Below, piece by piece: positions 18,993 through 29,194 of a stretch of DNA of 64,000 nucleotides (within the stretch, counting starts at the first letter, position 1; every line of letters starts with the position of its first letter). The notes under the pieces were generated by a model. The model saw only the letters and a list, made by a program, of their open reading frames with translations. It made no database searches and was not told where the DNA came from. Made by a program: the position numbers and the translations under genes. This DNA is from Lachnospiraceae bacterium (GTDB lineage Bacteria; Bacillota; Clostridia; Lachnospirales; Lachnospiraceae), in assembly GCA_030526405.1 (NCBI GenBank), contig JAUNCZ010000010.1, positions 2,814-66,813 on the forward strand, in the 5' to 3' direction.

Positions 18993-20453
18993 ATGAGCAG
19001 TACAGAGAAAAAACAGCAGCAGAGGCAGAGCAGAATTCCTGTTCTGGAGATGGTAAGACAATTCAATGAGAGGAATCAGGGATATTTTTGTATTCCGGGA
19101 CACCGATTTGAAAGAGGTGTGAATCCTGCGCTGCTGGAGCAGTACGGAGAGGGGCTGTTCCGTTATGATCTGACAGAAACCGACAATCTGGATGATCTTC
19201 ATCATGCAGAGGGACCGATTCTGGAGGCACAGCAGCTGGCAGCGGAACTGTTTGGCAGTGAGAAATGCTTCTTTCTGGTGAACGGAACCACCTGCGGCAA
19301 TGAAGCCATGATTCTGACGGCGGTGGGGCCGGGGGAGAAGATCCTGGTTCCGAGGAATGCTCACAAATCCGTCCTGATGGGATTGATTCTCAGCGGTGCT
19401 GTGCCTGTGTGGATCCAGCCCGATATGGAGGCGGAGTGGGGGACTGCCGGAGCGCTGTCTCCTGAGAGGGTGGAAGAGGCTCTGACAGAGCAGCCGGATA
19501 TCAGGGCAGTATTTCTTGTGAGTCCCACCTATCATGGAATCTGCTCAGATATTGAAGAAATTTCAAGGGTCTGTCACAGCCATGGGGTTCCCCTTCTGGT
19601 GGATGAGGCCCACGGCTCTCACCTGTATTTTCATCAGGATTTTCCGAATGGAGCCATAAGAGCAGGGGCAGATGCCTGTGCCCAGAGCACCCATAAGACG
19701 CTGGGCAGTCTGACCCAGACCTCCATGCTGCACATGCAGGGAGAACTGCTGTGTCAGGAGAGGATGGATGAAAATCTGAAGCTGGTGATGAGTACCAGTC
19801 CCTCCTATGTGCTGATGGCAGCCATTGATGCCGCGAGACAGCAGATGGCAGTTCATGGGGAGGTGCTTCTTGGGGATGCCCTTGAAAAGGCGGAATTTCT
19901 GAAGCGTGAACTTAGCGGGATGTCTGGCTACCGGGTGCTGGAACGGCAGGGGCAGGACCCATTACGTGTTGTGATTTCCGGTGATCCCATGGGGATCAGC
20001 GGTGAACAACTGCAGCAGCTTCTGTATGAGAGGGGCAGCATCAGTCTGGAACTGGCAGATCCGGTATCCATCGTGCTGGTAATCACCTGGGGCAATACCC
20101 TGGAAGAGATCTCGCATCTGATTCGGGTATTGAAGGAGATTCAGGAGGAACATGGGGTGCTTTCGGGGAAAACAGCCTGCTATGCAGAGAAGCTGCCCTT
20201 TGGAAAAACAGTACTCACTCCGAGAGAGGCTTATTACAGAAAAAAAGAGTCCATTCCCCTGGAAGAGGCAGCAGGGCGCATTGCGGGAGAGCTGGTTGCA
20301 CCCTATCCCCCGGGAATTCCTGTTCTTTGTCCAGGAGAGGAGATTTCAGAGGCACTGATCCACTATCTGAAGGACTGTGCCGGAAGAAGATGTGTGCTTC
20401 ATGGTCCACAGGATGAAAGTCTGCGTACCATCCGTGTGCTGTGTGAGCAGTAA
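18993..20453 (+). CDS. Orn/Lys/Arg decarboxylase-family PLP enzyme
   Basis: IPGHRFERG and [11 protein letters not shown] (PLP lysine). ATG 18993 is preferred on N-terminal length; the ORF track gives GTG 18960. Confidence 0.85.
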   Translation: MSSTEKKQQQRQSRIPVLEMVRQFNERNQGYFCIPGHRFERGVNPALLEQYGEGLFRYDLTETDNLDDLHHAEGPILEAQQLAAELFGSEKCFFLVNGTTCGNEAMILTAVGPGEKILVPRNAHKSVLMGLILSGAVPVWIQPDMEAEWGTAGALSPERVEEALTEQPDIRAVFLVSPTYHGICSDIEEISRVCHSHGVPLLVDEAHGSHLYFHQDFPNGAIRAGADACAQSTHKTLGSLTQTSMLHMQGELLCQERMDENLKLVMSTSPSYVLMAAIDAARQQMAVHGEVLLGDALEKAEFLKRELSGMSGYRVLERQGQDPLRVVISGDPMGISGEQLQQLLYERGSISLELADPVSIVLVITWGNTLEEISHLIRVLKEIQEEHGVLSGKTACYAEKLPFGKTVLTPREAYYRKKESIPLEEAAGRIAGELVAPYPPGIPVLCPGEEISEALIHYLKDCAGRRCVLHGPQDESLRTIRVLCEQ

Positions 20454-20497
20454 GAAACTCCCTGCAGAAGGAGAGAGTCAGAAAAGAGGAAACAGAT

Positions 20498-21247
20498 TTG
20501 AAATATATATCATGGAACGTGAATGGCCTTCGGGCCTGTGTAACAAAAGGATTTCCTGATGTGGTGAAGCAGCTGGATGCAGATGCTTTCTGCATTCAGG
20601 AGAGCAAGCTCCAGGAGGGACAGATCCAGCTGGAACTTCCCGGGTATCATCAGTACTGGAATTATGCGGAGAAAAAGGGGTATTCCGGCACTGCGGTATT
20701 TACAAAGAAGGAACCACTTTCTGTGGTCAATGGCATTGGAATACCGGAACATGATCATGAGGGAAGGGTGATTACACTGGAATTCCAGGATCACTACCTT
20801 GTAACCGTATACACTCCCAATTCCCAGGATGGTCTGAAGAGACTGGACTACAGAATGGAGTGGGAGGATGCATTTCGCGGGTATCTGAAGGGACTGGAGG
20901 AGAAAAAACCGGTGGTGCTCTGTGGAGATCTGAATGTGGCCCATCAGGAAATAGACCTGAAGAACCCAAAGACAAACAGAAAAAATGCCGGTTTTTCCGA
21001 TGAGGAGAGGGCGAAATTCACAGAACTGCTGGAGGCAGGCTTCGTTGATACCTACAGAAGCCTCTATCCTGAAAAGATCGAGTATTCCTGGTGGTCCTAC
21101 CGGTTCAAGGCCAGAGAAAAGAATGCAGGATGGAGAATTGATTACTTTGTGGTATCGGAGGCACTTGCTTCCAGAGTCAGAGATGCGAAGATACATACAG
21201 ATATCTTCGGATCAGACCACTGTCCAGTGGAGCTTCTGCTGGATTAA
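20498..21247 (+). CDS. xth: exodeoxyribonuclease III
   Basis: [31 protein letters not shown] start with AGAGGA RBS. Confidence 0.9.
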   Translation: MKYISWNVNGLRACVTKGFPDVVKQLDADAFCIQESKLQEGQIQLELPGYHQYWNYAEKKGYSGTAVFTKKEPLSVVNGIGIPEHDHEGRVITLEFQDHYLVTVYTPNSQDGLKRLDYRMEWEDAFRGYLKGLEEKKPVVLCGDLNVAHQEIDLKNPKTNRKNAGFSDEERAKFTELLEAGFVDTYRSLYPEKIEYSWWSYRFKAREKNAGWRIDYFVVSEALASRVRDAKIHTDIFGSDHCPVELLLD

Positions 21248-21292
21248 CTAGAACGGACCGGATAACCGGTGTAAGAAGAGGAGTAAAATCGT

Positions 21293-23248
21293 ATGGGAAA
21301 GACAGCAATTGAGATTATTGCCAACGGTATACCGTTTCTTCCGGAGTGCAGTGCTCCGGTGCATTTCGGCGTGCATAAGCTGGGAGATTATTATGTATTT
21401 ATGGTTCCGGTACCGGATCAGGCAGAATGTGAACTGCTTCTCTTTGGACCGGACAGTGATGAACCGGAAGCAGTGGTTCCTCTGCAGGAGCAGGAGGATC
21501 TGGGAATCATCCGCTGTGTTACCTTGAAGCTGCCGAAAAAACACAAACTGGAGTACATGTATCGGGTAAAGGGTGAGCTGAAGGCGGATCCCTATGCCAA
21601 GTGCGTATCTGCCACAGGCCGCTGTGTGCTGGAGGATGTGAAGCCGGCGAAAACAGAGCCCCTGCATATCCCCTACAATGAGATGGTGGTCTACAAGGCC
21701 CATGTTAAGGGACTTACCGGCGGACAGGGTTCCGGTGTTCGACACAAGGGAACCTTCACCGGTGTAAAGGAGAAGATTCCTTATCTGAAGGAGCTGGGAG
21801 TGAATGCCCTCCTTCTGATGCCCGTCTATGAATTCAAGGAAAAGACAAAGGTTGTACCTATGAAGAAGAAGGATCCGGAAGTGTTTAAAGGCTTCAACAT
21901 CCCTGTGGAGGCCACTGTGCCTGTGGATCCTGAGGAGGCAGAAACTCTGATCAATTACTGGGGCTATGTGGAGGGTATGTATTTTGTGCCTAAGAAATCC
22001 TACTGTGCCACCGGAGAACCCACAAAGGAATTTGCGGATATGGCAGATGCTCTCCACAGGGCAGGTATCGAACTGCATCTGGAGATCTATTTCTCAGAGG
22101 ACTGTCTTGCATCATTTGCAGTAAATGTACTTCGTTTCTGGAAGATGAATTATAAGGTGGATGGATTCCATCTGCTGGGAAGCGGCAGCTGGGTAAATGC
22201 TGTGCTGGCGGATCCTCTTCTTAAGAAAACAAAGCTGTTCTATGCAGGTTACAGTGAAGCCCTGATGGATCAGACAGATGTAACCTACTGGGGAAGCAAG
22301 GAGGTGCGACCTGTATCCTTTGGTGTCACAAAGGCACAGAAGCCCTATCAGAGAAATCTGGTGGAATACAATCGTTCCTATGCTGACCACATGCGTCGCT
22401 TCCTGAAGGGAGATGACAACTGTGCAAAGGGAGCTGCCTGGTATACCAGCAGAAATTATTCACCGGCCCCTTCCATCAACTATTTTGCAGATCAGGACGG
22501 CTTTACCATGTATGACATGGTGAGCTATGATGTGAAGCACAATGAGGCCAACGGGCAGAATAATATGGATGGCACCAATGACAATCATTCCTGGAACTGC
22601 GGTGTGGAGGGTCCCACTGCCAAGAAAACCATCAACAGTCTCCGTCTGAAACAGCTGAAAAATGCATTTCTTATGCTGGTCACCAGCCAGGGAATTCCTA
22701 TGATCTATGCAGGTGATGAGATTATGAATACCCAGGAGGGCAATAACAACGCCTGGTGTCAGGATAATGAACTGGGCTGGGTGGACTGGAAAAAGAAAAA
22801 AGACCATACCGCTCTGCAGGAGTTTGTAAAGCAGGTAATTGCCTTCAGAAAGGAGCATCCTGTGCTTCATCAGGTCCATGAGATCACCCACAGCGACAAG
22901 CTGGGATTTGGAATGCCGGATCTTTCCTACCACAGCGAGCGGGCCTGGATCCCTGATTTTGATCCTGACAGCCACATGTTCGGTCAGCTGTATTGCGGAA
23001 AATATACGAAGGATGCAGAAGGAAATCCGGATGCTTCTATTTATATAGCCTGCAATATGGACTGGAAGGAGCATGCCTTTGCCCTTCCTTCCCTGGGAGG
23101 ACATGAAAAATGGGTGGTTAAGATCGATACAGATCAGGCTGCCAGTGTATATCCTGAGGGAGAGGAACTTTCTCTGGAAACTCCTGCCGGTCAGGCGAAA
23201 AAAATCACAGTTGCACCAAGATCTGTTGTGGTGCTGGTGGGAAGATGA
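21293..23248 (+). CDS. GlgX-like GH13 family protein, catalytic residues apparently substituted
   Basis: Colinear with glycogen debranching enzymes (NYWGY, VDGF, DGFTMYDMVSYDVKHNEANG, IPMIYAGDE, NNNAWCQDN). Region II reads VDGFHLL and region III reads KLFYAGY. Confidence 0.8.
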   Translation: MGKTAIEIIANGIPFLPECSAPVHFGVHKLGDYYVFMVPVPDQAECELLLFGPDSDEPEAVVPLQEQEDLGIIRCVTLKLPKKHKLEYMYRVKGELKADPYAKCVSATGRCVLEDVKPAKTEPLHIPYNEMVVYKAHVKGLTGGQGSGVRHKGTFTGVKEKIPYLKELGVNALLLMPVYEFKEKTKVVPMKKKDPEVFKGFNIPVEATVPVDPEEAETLINYWGYVEGMYFVPKKSYCATGEPTKEFADMADALHRAGIELHLEIYFSEDCLASFAVNVLRFWKMNYKVDGFHLLGSGSWVNAVLADPLLKKTKLFYAGYSEALMDQTDVTYWGSKEVRPVSFGVTKAQKPYQRNLVEYNRSYADHMRRFLKGDDNCAKGAAWYTSRNYSPAPSINYFADQDGFTMYDMVSYDVKHNEANGQNNMDGTNDNHSWNCGVEGPTAKKTINSLRLKQLKNAFLMLVTSQGIPMIYAGDEIMNTQEGNNNAWCQDNELGWVDWKKKKDHTALQEFVKQVIAFRKEHPVLHQVHEITHSDKLGFGMPDLSYHSERAWIPDFDPDSHMFGQLYCGKYTKDAEGNPDASIYIACNMDWKEHAFALPSLGGHEKWVVKIDTDQAASVYPEGEELSLETPAGQAKKITVAPRSVVVLVGR

Positions 23249-23283
23249 CGGCTCTGAAAAAGAAATAAAGGCAGGCAGACGAT

Positions 23284-23856
23284 ATGCATATCTGGGGACA
23301 TTTTCGAACAATTACACAGCACAAGATTCTGGTGACTTCCTACTGCTTCAGAATCGGGCTTTTCAGGCAGGGACTTGCTCACGATCTGAGCAAGTATGCA
23401 CCCTGTGAATTCTGGAAGGGCTGCAGGTACTGGCAGGGCAACAGAAGTCCCAACAATGCAGAGAGGGAGGAGACGGGAGTATCTCTGGCCTGGCTGCACC
23501 ATAAAGGAAGAAATAAGCATCATTTTGAATACTGGATCGATTACGATCTCTCCTCTGATACCCTGATCACAGGCATGCCCATACCGAAAAAGTATGTGGC
23601 AGAGATGATCTGTGACAGGATCGCCGCCTCCAGGACCTATGAGGGAAAGGCCTACACGGATCGCTCTGCTCTCAACTATTATATGAACGGATATGAAAAA
23701 TTCTGGTTCGTCCATGAGGACTGCAGAGAGCAGCTGAAGTTTTTGCTGGAGATGCTGGCGGAAAAGGGAGAAGAGGAAACCTTCCGTTTTATCAGAAATG
23801 TATTTCTGAAAAGACCCTGGCAGGAGGTTCAGAAAGAATACGGGAAAAATGAATAG
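23284..23856 (+). CDS. conserved hypothetical protein (DUF5662-like)
   Basis: 190-aa ORF. HDLSKY..NRSPNNAERE..WLHHKGRNKHHFEYW resembles the DUF5662 family from memory. Confidence 0.6.
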   Translation: MHIWGHFRTITQHKILVTSYCFRIGLFRQGLAHDLSKYAPCEFWKGCRYWQGNRSPNNAEREETGVSLAWLHHKGRNKHHFEYWIDYDLSSDTLITGMPIPKKYVAEMICDRIAASRTYEGKAYTDRSALNYYMNGYEKFWFVHEDCREQLKFLLEMLAEKGEEETFRFIRNVFLKRPWQEVQKEYGKNE

Positions 23857-23978
23857 TCATGGGCTTTGACGTTTTAATCTTGTAAAATGTTAAAAAATAA
23901 AGAAGACAGTTGACGAAGCAGGAGTTTTGCTATAAATTAAGAAAATAGTGTGTGACTATTCATGAGGAGTGATTTATT

Positions 23979-25298
23979 ATGTTAAAAGTTGTAAAATTCG
24001 GAGGCAGCTCTCTTGCTAGTGCTGACCAGTTTAAAAAAGTAGGTGCAATCATCCGCGAGGAGGCAGGCAGAAGATATGTAGTTCCTTCTGCACCGGGACG
24101 TCGTTTTGACGGTGATACAAAGGTTACAGATATGCTGTACGGCTGCTATCATCAGGCAGAGAAGGGCTCTGATTTCTCTGGAACCCTGGCAAATATCAAG
24201 GCAAGATACGAGGAGATCATCGCAGGTCTTGAGCTGGATCTTTCTCTGGATCACGAGTTTGAGGTGATTGCTGAGAACTTCAGAAATAAGGCAGGAAGCC
24301 ATTACGCTGCTTCCCGTGGCGAGTATCTCAACGGTATCATCATGGCAAATTATCTGGGCTTTGAGTTTGTGGATGCAGCAACTGTTATCTGCTTTGATGA
24401 GAATGGAAACTTTGATGCTGATGCAACAGATGAGAAACTGGGTGCACGTCTTGCTGGGTGTGAGTATGCCGTTATCCCTGGTTTCTACGGTGCAAATCCA
24501 GACGGATCTGTAAGAACCTTCTCCCGTGGAGGTTCAGATATCACAGGCTCTCTGGTTGCAAAGGCAGTACATGCGGATCTGTATGAGAACTGGACAGATG
24601 TATCCGGTTTCCTTCTTACTGATCCAAGAATCGTTAAGGATCCGGTTGTAATCAGCACCATCACCTACCGTGAGATGCGTGAGCTTTCCTACATGGGTGC
24701 AACTGTACTTCATGAGGATGCTGTATTCCCACTTCGTAAAGAGGGAATTCCGGTTAACGTAAGAAATACAAACCGTCCTCAGGATCCAGGTACCATGATC
24801 GTGGAGAGCACCTGCAATAAACCAAAATACTGCATCACAGGTATTGGTGGAAAGAAAGGCTTCGCTTCCATTACAATCGAGAAGGACATGATGAACTCTG
24901 AGATCGGCTTCGGAAGAAAGGTTCTTCAGGTATTTGAGGAGAACGGACTTTCCTTTGAGCATGCTCCATCCGGAATCGACACCTTTACAGTATATGTAAA
25001 TCAGAAGGAGTTCGAGGAGAAGGAGCAGCAGATCATTGCAGGCCTTCACAGAACTGTAAAACCGGATCTTATTGATCTGGAGTCTGATCTGGCACTGATC
25101 GCAGTGGTTGGTCGTGGTATGAAACGCCAGAGAGGAACAGCTGGAAGAATCTTCTCCGCACTGGCACATGCACGTGTAAATGTGAAGATGATCGATCAGG
25201 GATCTTCTGAGCTGAACATCATTATCGGTGTAGAGAACCGTGATTTTGAGACTGCTATCAAGGCAATCTACGATATTTTCGTACTGGCTCAGGTTTGA
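23979..25298 (+). CDS. lysC: aspartate kinase
   Basis: VVKFGGSSLA amino-acid-kinase N-terminus and a C-terminal ACT pair. Confidence 0.9.
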   Translation: MLKVVKFGGSSLASADQFKKVGAIIREEAGRRYVVPSAPGRRFDGDTKVTDMLYGCYHQAEKGSDFSGTLANIKARYEEIIAGLELDLSLDHEFEVIAENFRNKAGSHYAASRGEYLNGIIMANYLGFEFVDAATVICFDENGNFDADATDEKLGARLAGCEYAVIPGFYGANPDGSVRTFSRGGSDITGSLVAKAVHADLYENWTDVSGFLLTDPRIVKDPVVISTITYREMRELSYMGATVLHEDAVFPLRKEGIPVNVRNTNRPQDPGTMIVESTCNKPKYCITGIGGKKGFASITIEKDMMNSEIGFGRKVLQVFEENGLSFEHAPSGIDTFTVYVNQKEFEEKEQQIIAGLHRTVKPDLIDLESDLALIAVVGRGMKRQRGTAGRIFSALAHARVNVKMIDQGSSELNIIIGVENRDFETAIKAIYDIFVLAQV

Positions 25299-25330
25299 TC
25301 AGGCGGTAACAGATAGAATAATGGACCTAT

Positions 25331-25364
25331 GGGGGCTGTCGGATTTTTTCGACAGCCCTTTTTT
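25331..25364 (+). terminator. lysC terminator
   Basis: GGGCTGTCG-8 nt-CGACAGCCC followed by TTTTTT. Confidence 0.85.
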
Positions 25365-25519
25365 AAATCATTACAAGCAGTCCCCCGCCTCGAAGACGCA
25401 GAGGCATCCCAATGCAGACCCAGAGATGCTTCTTTGCCCTATGGGAAATATAATTTCCAAAAATTCTGTAGATTGTGCGATAATAGAGAAAAGAGATTCA
25501 GAAAACGGAGGAAATCTAT

Positions 25520-26152
25520 ATGAATACAAATACAGTGGAGAAAAACAGACTTCTGGCAGATCTGGTGATCAGGGGGCTGGAATCCAGAAATATGACCGGA
25601 TATTACGCGGAGACAAAGGAAGAGGCGCTGAAGATGGCACTGGAGCTGATTCCGGAGGGCAGCAAGGTGGCAAGAGGCGGATCCTTTACTGTCAACGAGA
25701 TCGGACTGTCAGAGGCCCTCAGCAATGGCAGGTATGATTTCTGTAATCGGGAGATTGAGTCGGATAAGAAGGCGGCAGAGCTGTTTGCCTACACCAGTGA
25801 TTTCTATATCGGCAGTGTCAATGCCATGACAGAGGATGGAGTCCTGATTAACATTGACGGTAATTCCAACCGTGTTTCCTCCTATGCCTATGGGCCGAAA
25901 AAGCTGCTGCTAATCGTGGGTATGAACAAGATCGCAAAGGATGTGGATGCAGCCATGAAGAGAGCAAGAAATACAGCTGCTCCGGTGAACATGACCAGAT
26001 TTCCACAGAAGAATGCACCCTGTAAGAAAACAGGCACCTGTATGAACTGTAAATCTCCGGACACCATCTGCTGTCAGATCCTGATTACAAGGTACAGTGC
26101 TCATAAAGATCGCATTCACGTGATTCTGGTGAATGAGGATCTCGGATTCTGA
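25520..26152 (+). CDS. LUD-domain (lactate utilization / YkgG-like) protein
   Basis: 210 aa with the LUD-type pattern and a C-terminal Cys cluster CKKTGTCMNCKSPDTICC. Confidence 0.7.
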   Translation: MNTNTVEKNRLLADLVIRGLESRNMTGYYAETKEEALKMALELIPEGSKVARGGSFTVNEIGLSEALSNGRYDFCNREIESDKKAAELFAYTSDFYIGSVNAMTEDGVLINIDGNSNRVSSYAYGPKKLLLIVGMNKIAKDVDAAMKRARNTAAPVNMTRFPQKNAPCKKTGTCMNCKSPDTICCQILITRYSAHKDRIHVILVNEDLGF

Positions 26153-26243
26153 TATACAAATCAGAAAAAGTATGATATAATGTCCCAAATAGTGCAGAAT
26201 TATCTGTACATTTAAAGAATTTAAGAAATACGGGGTATATTCA

Positions 26244-26942
26244 ATGAAAAGAGTATTATTGAAGCTCAGTGGAGAAGCCCTTGCAGGTGAGAAAAAAACA
26301 GGCTTTGACGAAGCAACCTGCATTGCAGTGGCAAAACAGGTAAAGACCATTGTTGACGAGGGAGTTCAGGTTGGTATCGTAATCGGAGGAGGAAACTTCT
26401 GGAGAGGACGTACAAGCCAGAACATCGATCGTACAAAGGCTGATCAGATCGGAATGCTGGCTACTGTTATGAACTGTATCTATGTTTCTGAAATCTTCCG
26501 TTCTCAGGGCATGAAAACAGCGGTTCTTACACCATTTGCTGTGGGTGAGTTCACAAAAATGTTCTCCAAAGACCGCAGCAACAAGTATTTTGAGCACGGA
26601 ATGGTTGTGTTCTATGCCGGTGGTACAGGACATCCATACTTCTCAACAGATACAGGTACAGTGCTGAGAGCCATTGAGATCGAGGCAGATACCATTCTTC
26701 TGGCTAAGGCCATTGATGGTGTATACAACGATGATCCTAAGACAAATCCTGATGCTAAGAAATATGATAAGGTTTCCATTCAGGAAGTAATTGACAAACA
26801 GCTGAAGGTTGTGGATCTCACAGCATCCATTCTTGCAATGGAGAACAAGATGCCAATGATCGTTTTCGGACTGAATGAGGAGAACAGCATTGTAAATGCT
26901 GCTCACGGAATTATTACAGGTACAGAGGTAACTGTAGAGTAA
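26244..26942 (+). CDS. pyrH: UMP kinase
   Basis: KRVLLKLSGEAL, GGGNFWRG. Confidence 0.95.
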   Translation: MKRVLLKLSGEALAGEKKTGFDEATCIAVAKQVKTIVDEGVQVGIVIGGGNFWRGRTSQNIDRTKADQIGMLATVMNCIYVSEIFRSQGMKTAVLTPFAVGEFTKMFSKDRSNKYFEHGMVVFYAGGTGHPYFSTDTGTVLRAIEIEADTILLAKAIDGVYNDDPKTNPDAKKYDKVSIQEVIDKQLKVVDLTASILAMENKMPMIVFGLNEENSIVNAAHGIITGTEVTVE

Positions 26943-26963
26943 ATAACCAGGAGGAAATACTAC

Positions 26964-27515
26964 ATGAACGAAAGAATTAAACCATATGACAGCAAGATGA
27001 CAAAAACCATGGATAACCTGAACAGCGAGTTCGGAACAATCCGTGCAGGCCGTGCGAACCCACACGTACTGGATCGTATCCAGGTCGAGTACTACGGAAC
27101 ACCAACCAACCTGCAGCAGGTTGCAAACATTACTGTTCCGGAGCCAAGAATGATTCAGATTCAGCCATGGGAGGCTTCTCTGATCAAAGATATCTGTAAG
27201 GCAATCCAGATGTCTGATCTTGGAATCAATCCAAACACAGATGGAAAGGTTGTTCGTCTGATCTTCCCGGAGCTGACAGAGGATCGTCGTAAAGAGCTGG
27301 CAAAAGAGGTTAAGAAAAAAGGTGAGGCTGCTAAGGTAGCAATCCGTAATATCCGTCGTGACGGTAATGATTCCTTCAAAAAGCTGGAGAAAGAGGATGT
27401 TTCTGAGGATGAGATCAAGAAACTTCAGGATGAGCTCCAGAAGCTTACTGACAAATACATCAAGGATGTAGAGAAGGCAGTAGAGGTTAAGACAAAAGAG
27501 ATCATGACCGTTTAA
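26964..27515 (+). CDS. frr: ribosome recycling factor
   Basis: 183 aa, RRF sequence (IRAGRANP, NIRRD). Confidence 0.95.
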   Translation: MNERIKPYDSKMTKTMDNLNSEFGTIRAGRANPHVLDRIQVEYYGTPTNLQQVANITVPEPRMIQIQPWEASLIKDICKAIQMSDLGINPNTDGKVVRLIFPELTEDRRKELAKEVKKKGEAAKVAIRNIRRDGNDSFKKLEKEDVSEDEIKKLQDELQKLTDKYIKDVEKAVEVKTKEIMTV

Positions 27516-27538
27516 TCCGGAAGAATGATGAAATGTAA

Positions 27539-27566
27539 TTGAGAAACCCGTAAACATGTTTCTCAA
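27539..27566 (-). repeat. hairpin-only relative of the 90-nt repeat
   Basis: TTGAGAAAC-10 nt-GTTTCTCAA has the same stem as hairpin 1 of the copy at 62465-62495. Confidence 0.5.
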
Positions 27567-27573
27567 ACTGAGA

Positions 27574-27624
27574 GGGGGCTGTTGCACAGGTGTGACAGCT
27601 CCTTTTAAAGGAAGGAGCTCTTTT
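27574..27624 (+). terminator. frr terminator region with two overlapping alternative hairpins
   Basis: GGGGGCTGT..ACAGCTCC (27574-27602) overlaps AGCTCCTT..AAGGAGCT (27597-27619), followed by CTTTT. Confidence 0.6.
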
Positions 27625-27628
27625 ATAT

Positions 27629-28333
27629 ATGAAGATTCCAAATCATATAGCCATCATCCTGGACGGAAATGGGCGCTGGGCAAAGGCCAAGGGTATGCCA
27701 AGAAGCTACGGCCATGTGGTGGGCTGTGACAATCTGGATAAGATGTGTACCGTTATCTCTGAGGTGGGAGTGAAATATCTCACAGTTTATGCATTTTCCA
27801 CTGAAAACTGGAAGAGAAACAAAGCAGAGGTACAGGTGCTGATGAATCTGTTTCGCCGTTATCTGAAGCGATGTGAGAGAAGTGCCCGGAAAAATGGCAC
27901 TCGCATCCGGGTGATCGGAGATATCTCAGCTCTGGATCCGGATATTCAGGAGCGTATTCGCTGGGCAGAGGAGATGACAAAGGACAACGACCGTCTGCAT
28001 TTTCAGATTGCCCTGAATTATGGCAGCAGAGATGAGATTCTGCGAGGGATGACAAGAATGGCGGAGGATGCCAGAGCCGGTGTTCTTCCGGAGGGAAAGA
28101 TCACAGAGGAGATCTTCGAATCCTATCTTGATACAGCAGGAATCCCGGATCCGGATCTGATGATCCGCACCAGCGGTGAGATGCGTCTGTCCAATTATCT
28201 GCTTTGGCAGCTGGCCTATTCGGAGTTCTATTTCACAGATGTTCCCTGGCCGGAATTCCACAGAGAGCAGCTGATGGATGCTATTGAGGTGTACAACGGC
28301 CGTGACAGACGTTTTGGAAATGCGAAATCCTGA
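27629..28333 (+). CDS. uppS: isoprenyl transferase (undecaprenyl-diphosphate synthase)
   Basis: HIAIILDGNGRWA, AFSTENWKR, IRTSGE.RLSN.LLWQ. Confidence 0.95.
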   Translation: MKIPNHIAIILDGNGRWAKAKGMPRSYGHVVGCDNLDKMCTVISEVGVKYLTVYAFSTENWKRNKAEVQVLMNLFRRYLKRCERSARKNGTRIRVIGDISALDPDIQERIRWAEEMTKDNDRLHFQIALNYGSRDEILRGMTRMAEDARAGVLPEGKITEEIFESYLDTAGIPDPDLMIRTSGEMRLSNYLLWQLAYSEFYFTDVPWPEFHREQLMDAIEVYNGRDRRFGNAKS

Positions 28334-28386
28334 GAATTGATAGTTACTCTGCCTGGATTATGACAGCCAGGCGAAAAGGAGGGTGT

Positions 28387-29181
28387 ATGTTTGTAACTCG
28401 TTTAGTAAGTGGAATTGTGCTGGTGGGTCTGGCGCTTCTCACAATCTGTACCGGAAACTGGGTGCTTTTTGCAACAGTTCTGGCTCTGTCTCTGATCGGT
28501 GCCAATGAGCTTTACAAGGTTATGAAGGTTCGACCGGAAGAGGGTGGTTTCAGTCTGCTGGAGCTGGCAGGATATCTTGGCATCTGTCTCTATTACGCAA
28601 GTCTTGTGCTGGCTAAGGGAGAGTATACCCTTGGGGCGCTGATGGCTGCAATGATCCTGATCATGTGTGTCTATGTATTTTCCTATCCGAAATACCATGC
28701 TCACCAGATCATGGCAGCATTTTTCGGAATTGTGTATGTGGCAGTGATGCTGTCCTGCGTGTACCGGACAAGAATGCTGGAGGGCGGTGCCTGGCATGTA
28801 TGGCTGATCTTCCTGTGCTCCTGGGGCTGCGATACCTGCGCTTACTGTGTGGGTAAACTCATTGGAAAACACAAGATGGCCCCTGTGCTGAGTCCGAAAA
28901 AATCCATTGAGGGAGCAGTTGGAGGAGTTGTGGGTGCAATTCTTTTAGGTCTGCTCTATGCTCTTGCAACACAGGGTCCTGCAACTGCTTATATGATCAT
29001 CTGCGGAGCAGGTGCTCTGATCTCTATGGTGGGGGATCTTGCTGCTTCCGCCATCAAACGAAATATGGGAATTAAGGATTATGGAAAACTGATTCCCGGA
29101 CACGGCGGAATTCTGGATCGTTTTGACAGTGTGATCTTTACCGCACCGGTAATCTTTTATCTGTCCTCAATCCTGATTTAA
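28387..29181 (+). CDS. cdsA: phosphatidate cytidylyltransferase
   Basis: Polytopic membrane protein with the GHGGILDRFDS signature. AGGAGG lies before ATG 28387 (the ORF track starts at 28360). Confidence 0.9.
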   Translation: MFVTRLVSGIVLVGLALLTICTGNWVLFATVLALSLIGANELYKVMKVRPEEGGFSLLELAGYLGICLYYASLVLAKGEYTLGALMAAMILIMCVYVFSYPKYHAHQIMAAFFGIVYVAVMLSCVYRTRMLEGGAWHVWLIFLCSWGCDTCAYCVGKLIGKHKMAPVLSPKKSIEGAVGGVVGAILLGLLYALATQGPATAYMIICGAGALISMVGDLAASAIKRNMGIKDYGKLIPGHGGILDRFDSVIFTAPVIFYLSSILI

Positions 29182-29194
29182 GGAGGGCATCTTT

